Of a stretch of DNA of 64,000 bases, positions 20,968-31,500 are shown one piece after another. Position numbers and translations under genes: made by a program. Origin of the DNA: Methanobacteriota archaeon (lineage in GTDB: Archaea > Halobacteriota > Bog-38 > Methanoflorentales > Methanoflorentaceae); NCBI GenBank assembly GCA_963720465.1, contig OY970393.1:2048001-2112000 (forward strand), given 5' to 3'. A model generated the notes under the pieces. It made no database searches and had not been told where the DNA came from. It saw nothing but the letters and a program-made list of their open reading frames with translations. Every line of letters begins with the position of its first letter. Position 1 is the first letter of the stretch.

Positions 20968-21711
20968 TCATTTCGCATGCGGGAACGTGAGCACGACGCT
21001 GCTACAGACGATTGTGGCAGAGGCCTGTCCCGCGCCAGCAGCGGGATACTGCCCAGTATCGACTTGAGCGCCGCCACCGCCATAGTACGGACCGACAGAG
21101 TCTCCGGAAAATACCTGCCCCACTGTGGTGTGCCAGGTCTGTGTTATGGTGGCTGTCTTCACTTGTGGGTTATTGCCGTACACACTAGAATTCGCGGGAT
21201 TCATCGCGTAGACACCCCAGAGCGCTTCCGCGAAAGTGTCCTGGTTGCCCTTCGCTTGGATGAAGTATTGCACAGTCACGGTAACTGTGCACGGCATATC
21301 TTTGACGGTGGCCCAGGTCGAGCCACTCGGGAGCTTGAGCTGCCACCACATTCCCACTCCTGCTTCGCTCACACCGGCTTGCGTTTGCGTCGTGTGTATC
21401 GACGAGTAAGCGGTACCGATGCTAGTTATCTCGAAGTGCGTTATGTGTCTCCCCGAATAAGCATAGAAATCCGTGTACTTATTATTGAACTGCAACGGCA
21501 CGTATGTATACGTCGCTCCTTGTCTGTAGTTCACTACAACGGCCGGCGGCTCTGATAGAGCGGCGGCATTCTGGGCCTTCACGACACCTGCAGCGCTCAG
21601 CGCCGATGCAGTGGGTTGCGCGGCAGCCGTTTGCGTCGTTGCGACGCCTGTAGCACTCAGCACGGAAACGGCCATTATGGCGATAAGGAGCAATGCTAAA
21701 TATTTTTTCAT
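20968..21711 (-). CDS. Secreted A/T/S-rich beta-sandwich-like surface protein
   Basis: MKKYLALLLIAIMAVSVLSA signal peptide, GGAGG RBS, poly-T terminator downstream. Confidence 0.75.
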   Translation of the reverse strand: MKKYLALLLIAIMAVSVLSATGVATTQTAAAQPTASALSAAGVVKAQNAAALSEPPAVVVNYRQGATYTYVPLQFNNKYTDFYAYSGRHITHFEITSIGTAYSSIHTTQTQAGVSEAGVGMWWQLKLPSGSTWATVKDMPCTVTVTVQYFIQAKGNQDTFAEALWGVYAMNPANSSVYGNNPQVKTATITQTWHTTVGQVFSGDSVGPYYGGGGAQVDTGQYPAAGAGQASATIVCSSVVLTFPHAK

Positions 21712-21829
21712 GATGTAACCTCCCTTTCGAATTGGTGGTGGCCGTGATGCCGCCATTTATTAAGACCTATTAGTTTGCGCCGGCTTTGCTATAAAGGTTT
21801 TTGTAATTGATTCGTGTTAGAGCAAAGAG

Positions 21830-22156
21830 GTGCGCCCACAGGTTGTTGTGGCTATGTTGCCGTTGCTTGACGGGCGACCCGAGGAAGAGGCCGTGTTCAA
21901 ACAGCTATTGTTCCAGCGGTGGCTCAAACAGAATGAAATTCGATTGCTGCTGAGCAACGTTCATATCGTCAACGGTGACTTACGCAAATTCGCCGAGCAG
22001 CACTCAGACGTCATTCAATGGGAGCACTCAAATCGTGCCTACATCCTCACACACGGCGTATCGGGAGTTGACTGGCGATTTTACAAGCATCCGCTTCCGG
22101 ATTCGGTTTATGCCGTCTATATGGAGTACTGGGGAGACGTGAGCTTAAAAATCTGA
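21830..22156 (+). pseudogene. C-terminal fragment of a tyrosine recombinase paralogous to 56179-57225
   Basis: PLLDGR, GDLRKFAEQ, NRAYILTHGVSGVDWRFYKHPLP align with the full-length copy. No N-terminal part. Confidence 0.85.
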
Positions 22157-22673
22157 GCTAGGCTCACTCAGTTTCTCGAGACGCGCTAGTGATTTGTCAA
22201 TCACCGCAGCTCGAACGCGCTGAAAGTGAAAGAAAAAAAGAAGAAGGACTGTAAAGCCCTTCACGACCCCTGCAACGCTTAAGCTCCTGTATCAGGTTCC
22301 GCACCTGCGGGTAGAGCTGACCCTGCGCCGCGCTACTTGCGCCGCAACTTCTTCGACTTCGTTATTGAAATCCGTAAAAATCCTTTTTGCGTCGCTTGCG
22401 AGTTTCACGCCCCATCTGATTTTCCGTTATCGAAAAGCCATTTGGAGGTTTGTACCGTTGACACGACTTCGTTCTCTACTCTAGGCCAGCGCCTTTTCAG
22501 CACATCAAAGCGAGCTAGCCAATAGTTTCCAACTTCGTCTGTGCGTCCCCAAATCATTCTAGTTCTTCCTCGTTCTTGCTCGAAATACACTAAGAGAAAA
22601 AAATGGCGAATGCGCCACAATTAGCCCGCGCTTTGCCTGGTTCGCTCGCGGTATTGCGTAAGCGCACCCCAAT

Positions 22674-23864
22674 CTAGCGAAGCTCCTCGTACACCTCGTC
22701 GAGGTTTATCCCAGCAATCGTCTTTTCGCTATAGAACAGCTTCTTCTCTCGAACGGCGGTCTGCAGTTGTGCATTCGAAATGCCGTTTTGCAGCGCCAGG
22801 TACGCTTCCATGAATGCCGCGAGGTCATCAGCTGCTTTGACCAGTTCTCCGTCGACCGGGTTGTAGCGGTCACGGTTGTACGACGCGGTTATCTCATCAG
22901 AGGTTGTGTGGCGGACCTGCCCGTCAATCGTCACCTTTGAGACAAACTCATCTTCAGTAAACATCCGCATCTCGGGCTGCCACGCCTTTGGAATGAGCTC
23001 TGGCGCGTAAATTCTACGCTCCATCTCTTCCCGTTCAAAGTCCTTCAAGAAGCGATCCAGGCCCGTGGCCGCCCTCTTGACGGGGCTGATAATGTCCTTG
23101 GTGAGGACTTCGGGCAGGTCGTGGAACAGCCCGGTGAAGTAGTTGTTCACACAGCGCTTGGGACACGCGCCGATCTCAAGTGAGAACAGGTACGAGAGGA
23201 TCGCCACGATGAGCATGTGGCCGAGCACCGAGGTCCGCGGGACTCGGAAGAGCTGCCCCCATCGCACTTGAAATCGCAGGCGCCCGCACAAATCGACAAA
23301 GCTCCGATAGGTTGGGAAAAGGGCGAGGTAGCGCAGTCCTTCGACGTCAGCGAGCGCCTCCTGGCGCCTCTGCAATCCCCGCCGGATCTCGTCAATCTCG
23401 TAATCGCCCGTATTTTCGCGTTCGATGATGTCAAACTCCCACTTGGTCGCGTAGAAGTGGGCCGCGTCGAGCACTTTCCTGCTGGCGGTGTTCGAAGGGT
23501 GGAACAGATATGTTTCAAACCGTTTGTCGAGCCCGTTTAGATCGGCTATAAGGGGCTGAAAGCGCGCGTAGACCTCGCTCTTTAGCTCATTATACGTCTC
23601 GTCGTTTGCCTTGATCTTCTCGAAGATCTGGGGCTTCAAGTCGGTGAGGGTGAGGCGCTCGAAGTACTCGAACAAGCCACCCTCGATGACCTCGATCCAG
23701 CTGAAGTCGCTGCTGTGTTCGGCGAACTTGCCGAGCACGTAGGTGATGGCCATCTTGTGTCCCTGCTTGTCGAGTTCGGTCAACGGGACGGGACACAGCT
23801 TGTCGTTCCAGCGGCGCATTTCAGCAGCTTGAAAAAGCTCGATGAGGAGGGCTTTGCCTACCAT
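22674..23864 (-). CDS. Tandem HD-domain (YfbR-like) phosphohydrolase
   Basis: MRRWND, ELDKQGHK, RLRFQVRW, TSVLGH, GLFHDLPEVLTKDIISPVK, ADDL. Confidence 0.85.
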   Translation of the reverse strand: MVGKALLIELFQAAEMRRWNDKLCPVPLTELDKQGHKMAITYVLGKFAEHSSDFSWIEVIEGGLFEYFERLTLTDLKPQIFEKIKANDETYNELKSEVYARFQPLIADLNGLDKRFETYLFHPSNTASRKVLDAAHFYATKWEFDIIERENTGDYEIDEIRRGLQRRQEALADVEGLRYLALFPTYRSFVDLCGRLRFQVRWGQLFRVPRTSVLGHMLIVAILSYLFSLEIGACPKRCVNNYFTGLFHDLPEVLTKDIISPVKRAATGLDRFLKDFEREEMERRIYAPELIPKAWQPEMRMFTEDEFVSKVTIDGQVRHTTSDEITASYNRDRYNPVDGELVKAADDLAAFMEAYLALQNGISNAQLQTAVREKKLFYSEKTIAGINLDEVYEELR

Positions 23865-24924
23865 GCTAGCTTGTTTCAATCACTCCTGTTAAAAGCTTTC
23901 ACCTGTGAAGTGATTGGTGAGTGCTCATTTTTGAAATCGCCGTATGACTATAGAGGGATTTTGATGGAGGCAAACGACGTGCACCTTACGGCCTATAAGG
24001 ACCTGCCAAACTGGCGGTGGGAGTTCGTGAGTTCATCTGCGTCACCTAATGTCGTTTGCTGCCGGTTGACTTTGAGGGATTGGAGGAAATAGGTGAGCTG
24101 TGCGTGAAGAGCCTGGAAGAACGCTTGGAGCTCGTGGAGACGTTGCCGAAGTACGAATCGATTACCGTTGACGAAGCATCTTTGGATGAGACCTAGTGTC
24201 GTTAGAGATTAGCTGGAATCATTGGTCATAAACGTTTAATTGGGACTGCGGTTCATCTTCGACAAGGTCTCGCATTAATTTTGGCGCACGAAGACTCTGA
24301 GAGTCTGCGAGTTGGGAAGTTGCCGCAAAGAAAACTGCCAACACGCTTGATAGCAGCAGCTTTCCCGCTCACGTGAGATCATAGCCGCGATGCGTTTGCA
24401 GAACAATGCCTACTCTTAGAGATCTCGAAGTCGCGCGTAGAGTCGTGGTCCTGCCATAAGAGATCCTCTTTAGGCACTTTAACATCAATTATCCGGTCTG
24501 CTGTCAACTTGAGCTGATTGTGTTAGTCTGTCGCGACGTTGACGAAATCTTTAGCATAGGAGCAGATGCCCCCTTTTCAGGGGCATCAACGTCAATGGCC
24601 ACGTCCTTACGTTTTCAAAAACGTTGAGCTACGATTTTTCTCAGGTTAAAAGATCAAATGCTGAGCATCAAGGGTTCCGACTCGGATCCCGCCTTTAGTT
24701 TTCGATTTAGGCGCGAGCAGGGCATAATGAATGGAGGCGAAAGGTTTACGGTCAGACGAACATGACTTTTATAGCTTAGTTAGCCGAGAAGCTCAACCCC
24801 CCTTGATTCTGACAAGTTTATGAATAAGCTCACTTTTTCACAAATATTAGATATTTAGATATAATAAGAAAAGTTAAATGAAAATAATACGATTGTTTGA
24901 CGGCATATTCGCGAGGTCTAAGCG

Positions 24925-26766
24925 ATGATTGAAGCTCTTGCGACATTAGGTCAGTATTCTATAGCTCAGCGGGAAGGCACTGACGAAAGCCATTTGCAAA
25001 CTTTGGTTGATGATCCTAAAACCTCAACAAGGTACAAGCACGTTTTATTTGTTACATTCGATGCGGCCAAAGACTACAGCTTTACCGGAGTCGAGTATGA
25101 GGAGTACTCAAAAGAGAAGATCTGCGAGTATCTCTACAAGAAAGGTGCTCCCAACGGGCCGGATGTCACGCCGACGGCAAGGGTTGCCGCAAAAATCGAA
25201 AAAACCTTTGATAATAAGATCGCGAAATGGTTTGAAAACGCATTGGATGACGATCTCGTGCGGCAGGATCAAACAAATTACGCATTCTTGCTCAAGCTCT
25301 CCAATGCTATAGAGCGTGAGCATGATCGCATTCTTGCTGAGCTCACAGCAAAGTTTGATGCTATCGAGAAAAAAGACCGCGTCATCATTTCGATCCTCAT
25401 CGAGAACGACCCGATCGGGAGGTACGTCGGGGATTTTCCGATATTCAGACAGATCGTTTCGAAAAAAGGCGTAGAGGCCTACTATAAGAGGTACGGCTTC
25501 GAGTCGGTAGCCTATGACCAAACGTGTTCCGTCTGCAAAACGGTCACTCCAGAGGTGTATGGATTTGCCAGCACTTTTGCATTCTACAACGTCGACAAGC
25601 CCGGATTCGTCAGCAGCGGGTTCGACCAATCAAAAGCTTGGAAAAATTACCCCGTCTGCGAGCGCTGCGCGTTGATTTTGGAAGAAGGTCGAAAGTTCCT
25701 CGAGCGCGATTTTGCCTTTCGGATGTACAATTTGAACTATTTCATCATTCCAAAGCCTTTGTTTGACCGCGATAGCGGCGAGGTGATCAAAAAATTCCTT
25801 TATTATAAGCGTGATTTTCGGTCACTGAGCCCCAAGAACAAGCGCATGGTGGACGCGCGAGAGGACGACATCCTGAACTATCTGTCCGAGCAGCATAACT
25901 TTTTTAACAACAACTTCCTGTTTTATGAAAAATCCAACGCCGCCTTTCGAATCCTCCTCTACATCGAAGACGTCCTCCCGTCTCACATCCGACGAATGTT
26001 TGAGGCCAAGGCGGTCGTTGACGAAAAATCTATGTTCAAAGCTGCAGGCAAGGACGGCGAGAGCTTGCTCTTCGACTTCCGGGCAGTGAACCACTTCTTC
26101 TGGGGTTCAGATAAGCGGAAGCACTTCTTAGAAGTTATTGATAGCATTTTTACCTCGAGGCAGGTTGACTATTCATTCTTGATTCGGTCGATAATCAACA
26201 AGATCCGCGACGACTACGCTCGAGGCAACTATACAAAATATTCAACGCTGCGCGGCATACAGCTCCTACTCTTTTTGCACGAGATGGATCTGCTGAAGCG
26301 ATATGAAGGTGATGGGCCAATGAAAGAAACGACAATTTTTGATGTGGACGATTCGAATCCCGTCGTCGACGCCGTGAATACATTGTTCGACGAATTTCCC
26401 GACTTCTTTGATACCAACGCAAAACGGGCGGTTTTCTTAGAAGGAGTCCTGACTGAGAAGCTGTTGCGTGTGCAGTACATGGAAAGAGGCGGAGCCACCC
26501 CTTTTAAGTCAAAGCTTAACTCTCTCAATCTGGATGAGCGTCTCCTTAAGAAACTGCTGCCGCAAATCCAAAACAAGTTTCAGGAATATGGAAAGGACTA
26601 CTATCGCACGCTGGAGAAGCTGCTAGCCGAGCATATGGTAAAAGCAGGCACAAACTGGAGGATGACTCCGGATGAGATAAGCTTCTACTTTGTCATGGGA
26701 ATGAACCTCTCAGACTACGTTAAAGGCAGCCCTGCTGCATCTGTGGAAGGTGATACAGATGGATGA
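24925..26766 (+). CDS. cas8b: Type I-B Cas8b (Csh1/TM1802-like)
   Basis: CSVC...FYNVDKPGF...NYPVCERC and FLEGVL...VQ...TPF..KL motifs. First gene of the cas operon. Confidence 0.92.
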   Translation: MIEALATLGQYSIAQREGTDESHLQTLVDDPKTSTRYKHVLFVTFDAAKDYSFTGVEYEEYSKEKICEYLYKKGAPNGPDVTPTARVAAKIEKTFDNKIAKWFENALDDDLVRQDQTNYAFLLKLSNAIEREHDRILAELTAKFDAIEKKDRVIISILIENDPIGRYVGDFPIFRQIVSKKGVEAYYKRYGFESVAYDQTCSVCKTVTPEVYGFASTFAFYNVDKPGFVSSGFDQSKAWKNYPVCERCALILEEGRKFLERDFAFRMYNLNYFIIPKPLFDRDSGEVIKKFLYYKRDFRSLSPKNKRMVDAREDDILNYLSEQHNFFNNNFLFYEKSNAAFRILLYIEDVLPSHIRRMFEAKAVVDEKSMFKAAGKDGESLLFDFRAVNHFFWGSDKRKHFLEVIDSIFTSRQVDYSFLIRSIINKIRDDYARGNYTKYSTLRGIQLLLFLHEMDLLKRYEGDGPMKETTIFDVDDSNPVVDAVNTLFDEFPDFFDTNAKRAVFLEGVLTEKLLRVQYMERGGATPFKSKLNSLNLDERLLKKLLPQIQNKFQEYGKDYYRTLEKLLAEHMVKAGTNWRMTPDEISFYFVMGMNLSDYVKGSPAASVEGDTDG

Positions 26767-27754
26767 TTACGTAAAGAACAGGTCTGAAATTATTTTTTTG
26801 TACGACGTCAAAGACGCAAACCCGAATGGCGATCCGCTTGACGAGAACCGTCCGCGGATCGACGAAGAGACTGGCATTAATCTGGTCACCGACGTCCGGC
26901 TTAAGCGGACGATCAGGGACTACTTGCACAACTTTAAGGACGAAGAAATATTCGTCAGGGAAATTGAGTATGGTGACGGTTACATCCAGGATGCAAAGCA
27001 GCGCGCTGAGGATTTCCTCCCCGCCGACACGAGCATGCCGGCAGGTCTTAATGAAAAGAAGAAGGTAATCGACGAGGGTGTGTTGCGCGCATGCATCGAC
27101 GTGCGGCTGTTTGGGGCCACGATACCGATCAGCTCGACAAAATCGACGAAAGGCGCTGACGAAGAAAAAAAGGGAGCGATCACCCACACGGGTCCAGTGC
27201 AGTTCAAAATCGGCCGGTCAATGCACAAAGTATACGTTAAGCATTTTAGGGGCACGGGGGCGTTTGCGTCCGGCAAAGGCGCGACACAAAAGACGTTCAG
27301 GGAAGAGGACTTTCTGCCCTATTCACTGATCAACTTCTATGGCATCATCAACGAGAACGTGGCGCCTGAGACGCGGCTCACCGAGCGCGATGTCAACGCG
27401 CTGGTGGACGCTATGTGGAACGGCACCAAGAACCTCATCTCACGGTCGAAAGCAGGGCAAGTCCCGCGGCTGCTCGTAAAAGTGAATTACCGGACCCGTA
27501 ACTACCACATCGGCGACCTCAACTCTGGCATCAAGCTTGTTTCAGAGCTGGACGATGAGGTAATACGTGACATCTCGGAAGTACAGCTTGACGTCGACGA
27601 GTTTATAGCCGCGTTGCTGCGTCACAAAGAGACCATTGAAAGTATACAGCATAAGGTCGATCCGAAAGTTAGGCTGCTGCACAATGGCGCTGAAATGACA
27701 TTCGAGGCGTGCCTGGATCAAGCCGGCGTTGCTCACTCTGCGCTCAGCTTCTGA
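26759..27754 (+). CDS. cas7: Type I-B Cas7 (Csh2)
   Basis: NPNGDPLDENRPR, VTDVRLKRTIRDY, DVRLFGAT, TGPVQF. Confidence 0.96.
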   Translation: MDDYVKNRSEIIFLYDVKDANPNGDPLDENRPRIDEETGINLVTDVRLKRTIRDYLHNFKDEEIFVREIEYGDGYIQDAKQRAEDFLPADTSMPAGLNEKKKVIDEGVLRACIDVRLFGATIPISSTKSTKGADEEKKGAITHTGPVQFKIGRSMHKVYVKHFRGTGAFASGKGATQKTFREEDFLPYSLINFYGIINENVAPETRLTERDVNALVDAMWNGTKNLISRSKAGQVPRLLVKVNYRTRNYHIGDLNSGIKLVSELDDEVIRDISEVQLDVDEFIAALLRHKETIESIQHKVDPKVRLLHNGAEMTFEACLDQAGVAHSALSF

Positions 27755-27762
27755 GGGACGGC

Positions 27763-28467
27763 ATGCAGCCCGTGATCGCATTTGATCTCTGGGGAGACTA
27801 CGCACATTTTCGCAAGTACTTCACAACAACGTCACCCCTCACCTTCTTACTACCCCCTCGAACGGTGTTAATGGGGCTCATAGGGGCTGTCTGCGGGCTC
27901 AAAAAAGAGGAGTACATTAAAACCTTCGCAGGCGACCAGGCACGATTAGCCGTCTCGATATGCCTTCCAGCGAGGAAGGTCAGGTTGGTAGAAAACTTCA
28001 TTGACACTAAAACTGCGCTCCTTATGGGCAAAATCAAGAACCGCACCCAGATAAGGCTTGAGCTCGTTAAAAACCCGCGGTATCGCGTTTACGTGAGCCT
28101 GAAAAACAAGGCACTGCACGATCTGTTGAAGGAGATGCTCGTCGCCCACAAATGTGTCTATACGCCGTATCTTGGAATCAGCGAACTCATCGCAAATTTT
28201 TCCTACGTCGGCGAGTACGCTGCGGAAGCGCGAGCGCCAGACAAACACGTGAATATCGTCACCGCGCTGAACGCTGACCTCATTCGGGACCTCACCATTG
28301 AGGATAATAAAGAGTACTTCTCAGAGGTGATGCCGTGCGACATGGCGGAAGACCGATCTGTCACGCGGTATTCTAAGATCGTGTACGAACGCAACGGGCA
28401 GGCAGTCAAAGCCCACGTTACCGAATGTCTGGAACTTGAAAAAGGCGAATTCATTGCGTTCATGTGA
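27763..28467 (+). CDS. cas5: Type I-B Cas5
   Basis: FDLWGDYAHFRK, PPRTVLMGLIGAVCG, YTPYLG. Confidence 0.95.
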   Translation: MQPVIAFDLWGDYAHFRKYFTTTSPLTFLLPPRTVLMGLIGAVCGLKKEEYIKTFAGDQARLAVSICLPARKVRLVENFIDTKTALLMGKIKNRTQIRLELVKNPRYRVYVSLKNKALHDLLKEMLVAHKCVYTPYLGISELIANFSYVGEYAAEARAPDKHVNIVTALNADLIRDLTIEDNKEYFSEVMPCDMAEDRSVTRYSKIVYERNGQAVKAHVTECLELEKGEFIAFM

Positions 28468-30847
28468 ACTCCTCTCCCATCCTAAAAAAACGCTGCTTGA
28501 ACACCTCGGCCAGGTCTCGCAAACGTGTCGCGAGACTGCCGCCTCAAAAGAAATCCGCTACAGCGATCTCGGGCTGACGCGTGACTTATTCACGCGCTTT
28601 ATGGAAACAGTCGGAGCGGCACACGACTTTGGCAAGTCGACACGCTATTTTCAAGAGTATCTGCGCGCCGCCGATGATCCGCGCTATACAAAACCCGCAG
28701 AAGCAAATCACGGCGTCATATCAGCGATATTCACCTACCACGCCGTAAAAACGGTCATCGGCGGCACGGATGGCGACGTCGCCGCTTATCTCCCGTACAT
28801 CGGCTTTCTCATCGTGAAGCGGCACCATGGGAATCTTAAGAACGCTAAGGATGAGATTCTGGACGCGGTTCATCCCGACAGCATCGATCGTGTAACAAAC
28901 CAAATCAACAGCATCGACCACGACAGGGTGCAAGGTCTCTACGACGCACTCGTTCTAGGCTTACGCGCCGATGTTTTTTTGCAGGAGCACCGCGCCGTCA
29001 TAAGCCAGCTCAACGAGGATAAGTTCGTTTTTGACGGATGGTTGGGTGCGTACCCGACTCCCGCCGTCTGCATTCTCATGTTGATGAGCTATTCTATACT
29101 AATCAGCGCCGACAAAGCAGAGGCATCGGGCACGAGCGTGCAGCGCTGCGAAGAGGCGCTCGCCGAAGACCTCGTCGAGGTTTATCGGCAGGCGAAGGGG
29201 TATGACGAGGCTGTAACCGACATTGACGGCATGAGAAACGCCATCTACGCGGCGGTATCGGCGTCGATCACTTCGGTGGACCTGGCGACGAAGATCATGT
29301 CCATCACAGCGCCAACCGGCACTGGTAAGACGCTCACTGCGCTCTCGGCAGCGCTGAAGCTCCGCCATATGGTGCACGCTGCGCACGGTTATTATCCGCG
29401 CATCATCTACTGTTTGCCGTTTCTGTCGATCATCGATCAAAACTTCGGCGTTCTTGAAGACGTGTTAACCTGCAATGACATTCCCATAACGAACGACGTG
29501 TTATTGAAACATCACCACCTAGCGGAGGCCTTCTACACGACGCGCGACAATGAATTTGAATCGGATCGGGCCCAGTTCTTGATCGAGGGCTGGGATTCTG
29601 AGATCATCGTCACCACTTTTGTACAGTTCTTTCACTCACTCTTTACGAACAAGAACCGCTCGCTCCGGAAGTTTCACAACATAGTTAACTCGATCATCAT
29701 CTTGGACGAGGTGCAGGCGATCCCTCATAAATATTGGAAGCTCCTGAACGATTTTCTTCGGACCCTCGGGCACATTTTCGCAACATATATCATCTTGGTA
29801 ACTGCAACCCAGCCGCTCATTTTTGAGGGCGACGTAGTCGAGTTGCTGACTGATCGATCTGCATATTTTGAAAAGCTCAATCGTGTGCATCTTTATCCGC
29901 ACGTCAGCGCTTCGTGTACTTTTGCCGAGTTTACCGACACAGTGCAAGCAGATATTGCGCAACACCCAACGAGCAGCTTCCTGATCGTGTTAAACACGAT
30001 CAACTGCGCTCGCGAGATGTATGCGAGCTTGCAGGAGTACGATGACGGTGACACCGTGTACTACTACCTAAGCACGCATGTCACACCGCACGAACGGTTC
30101 CAGCGAATACGCGACATTAAGCGCGGCATAAAACGTGCAGTTATCGTGAGCACCCAACTTGTCGAGGCCGGCGTGGACATCGATGTCGACGTCGTCTACC
30201 GGGACTTCGCGCCACTAGACTCCATCAACCAAGTGAGTGGCCGGTGCAACAGGAACGATCGGAGTGACACACGCGGTATTGTAAACTTATACGTCGTGAA
30301 TGACAAAAAAAAGGACGTTTACAGATACATTTATTCAGGATTGCCTGTAGACAAGACGCGCGAGGTTTTTAAAGCCTACGAAGACGGCGCAACAGCGCAA
30401 CGTGGAATACAGGAAACCTATTTTTTGGACCTCATAAACCGCTATTTCGCAAAGATCAAAGGGGGGCTTTCTGAAGACGAGTCGAAAGAGCTGCTTCAGT
30501 CCATCAAAAAGCTGGAGTTCGACGACGTATCCCACGAGTTTAGGCTGATCGACGAAAAAGGATATGAGAAGTTCGACCTCTTCGTTGAACTCAACGATCA
30601 TGCTGTTAAGACGTGGGAGCGCTACATGCGCGTTCGAAGCGTGGAAAACCCGTTTGAGCGGCGGAGGGCTTTCCTACAAATCAAGCGTGAGTTTTATGAC
30701 TACGTCATTTCCGTACCCGCTCGTGAGGTTTCGAACGACGTTAGGGATTTCGCGTACATAGGAAAGCTTCCTTATGAGCGCCTCGACACGTACTACGATA
30801 AGGCGACGGGCTTTAAACCTCGGTCACACGGAGTTATGATCCTGTGA
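28436..30847 (+). CDS. cas3: Cas3 HD nuclease-helicase
   Basis: LLEHL, HDFGK, HHG, SADK, APTGTGKT, LDEVQ, TAT, STQLVEAGVDID, QVSGRCNR. Confidence 0.97.
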   Translation: MKKANSLRSCELLSHPKKTLLEHLGQVSQTCRETAASKEIRYSDLGLTRDLFTRFMETVGAAHDFGKSTRYFQEYLRAADDPRYTKPAEANHGVISAIFTYHAVKTVIGGTDGDVAAYLPYIGFLIVKRHHGNLKNAKDEILDAVHPDSIDRVTNQINSIDHDRVQGLYDALVLGLRADVFLQEHRAVISQLNEDKFVFDGWLGAYPTPAVCILMLMSYSILISADKAEASGTSVQRCEEALAEDLVEVYRQAKGYDEAVTDIDGMRNAIYAAVSASITSVDLATKIMSITAPTGTGKTLTALSAALKLRHMVHAAHGYYPRIIYCLPFLSIIDQNFGVLEDVLTCNDIPITNDVLLKHHHLAEAFYTTRDNEFESDRAQFLIEGWDSEIIVTTFVQFFHSLFTNKNRSLRKFHNIVNSIIILDEVQAIPHKYWKLLNDFLRTLGHIFATYIILVTATQPLIFEGDVVELLTDRSAYFEKLNRVHLYPHVSASCTFAEFTDTVQADIAQHPTSSFLIVLNTINCAREMYASLQEYDDGDTVYYYLSTHVTPHERFQRIRDIKRGIKRAVIVSTQLVEAGVDIDVDVVYRDFAPLDSINQVSGRCNRNDRSDTRGIVNLYVVNDKKKDVYRYIYSGLPVDKTREVFKAYEDGATAQRGIQETYFLDLINRYFAKIKGGLSEDESKELLQSIKKLEFDDVSHEFRLIDEKGYEKFDLFVELNDHAVKTWERYMRVRSVENPFERRRAFLQIKREFYDYVISVPAREVSNDVRDFAYIGKLPYERLDTYYDKATGFKPRSHGVMIL

Positions 30848-31500
30848 AATTGAGAGTGTTTACGCTCCGAGTGCTTACCGACGCTCCGATTAACGCGACT
30901 GCGGCACAGTTACGGGGGTTTTTTGCCGCTAAATTCAACGATTTTCAGTTGTTGCACCATCACAACGCGGACAAGGTGATCTACGATTACCCCCGAGTGC
31001 AGTACAAAGTCGTTGATGGTCGGCATCTCGTCCTCGGCATCGATGAGGGAGCAGATGTGCTCGAGGAGATCTATGATCGATACGCGTCACTCCGTCTCGG
31101 GTCAACGACCTACAACGTCATCGGTCAGGAGTTTGGCGTCAAGGAGTGTGAGCTCTCTATCTCCGACGAATATTGTGCGTATACCTTTAAAACACCGTGG
31201 CTAGCGTTAAACCAGACTAACTACTTGAGGTTCTATGCGTGTAAGAACAGGACGGAACGATTCGAACTGTTGTCGCGAACGCTCATCGGTAACCTTCTCT
31301 CGATATCGAAATCCTTCGGGTATACCGTACCGCAGCGCATTGAAGCGGTCGTCCATGTCAACGCCGTAAAAACACGGCTCAAGAGCGTGAGTATTATGGC
31401 GTTCCGTGGAAGCTTCACGACGAACTTTGAGATTCCGGAGCTGTTAGGAGTCGGCAAGTCGGTATCGAGAGGTTATGGGGCGGTACAGAAATGCAACTAG
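30844..31500 (+). CDS. cas6: Cas6b crRNA endoribonuclease
   Basis: LRGFF, YPRVQYK, TPWLALN, C-terminal GVGKSVSRGYG loop. Confidence 0.9.
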   Translation: MKLRVFTLRVLTDAPINATAAQLRGFFAAKFNDFQLLHHHNADKVIYDYPRVQYKVVDGRHLVLGIDEGADVLEEIYDRYASLRLGSTTYNVIGQEFGVKECELSISDEYCAYTFKTPWLALNQTNYLRFYACKNRTERFELLSRTLIGNLLSISKSFGYTVPQRIEAVVHVNAVKTRLKSVSIMAFRGSFTTNFEIPELLGVGKSVSRGYGAVQKCN

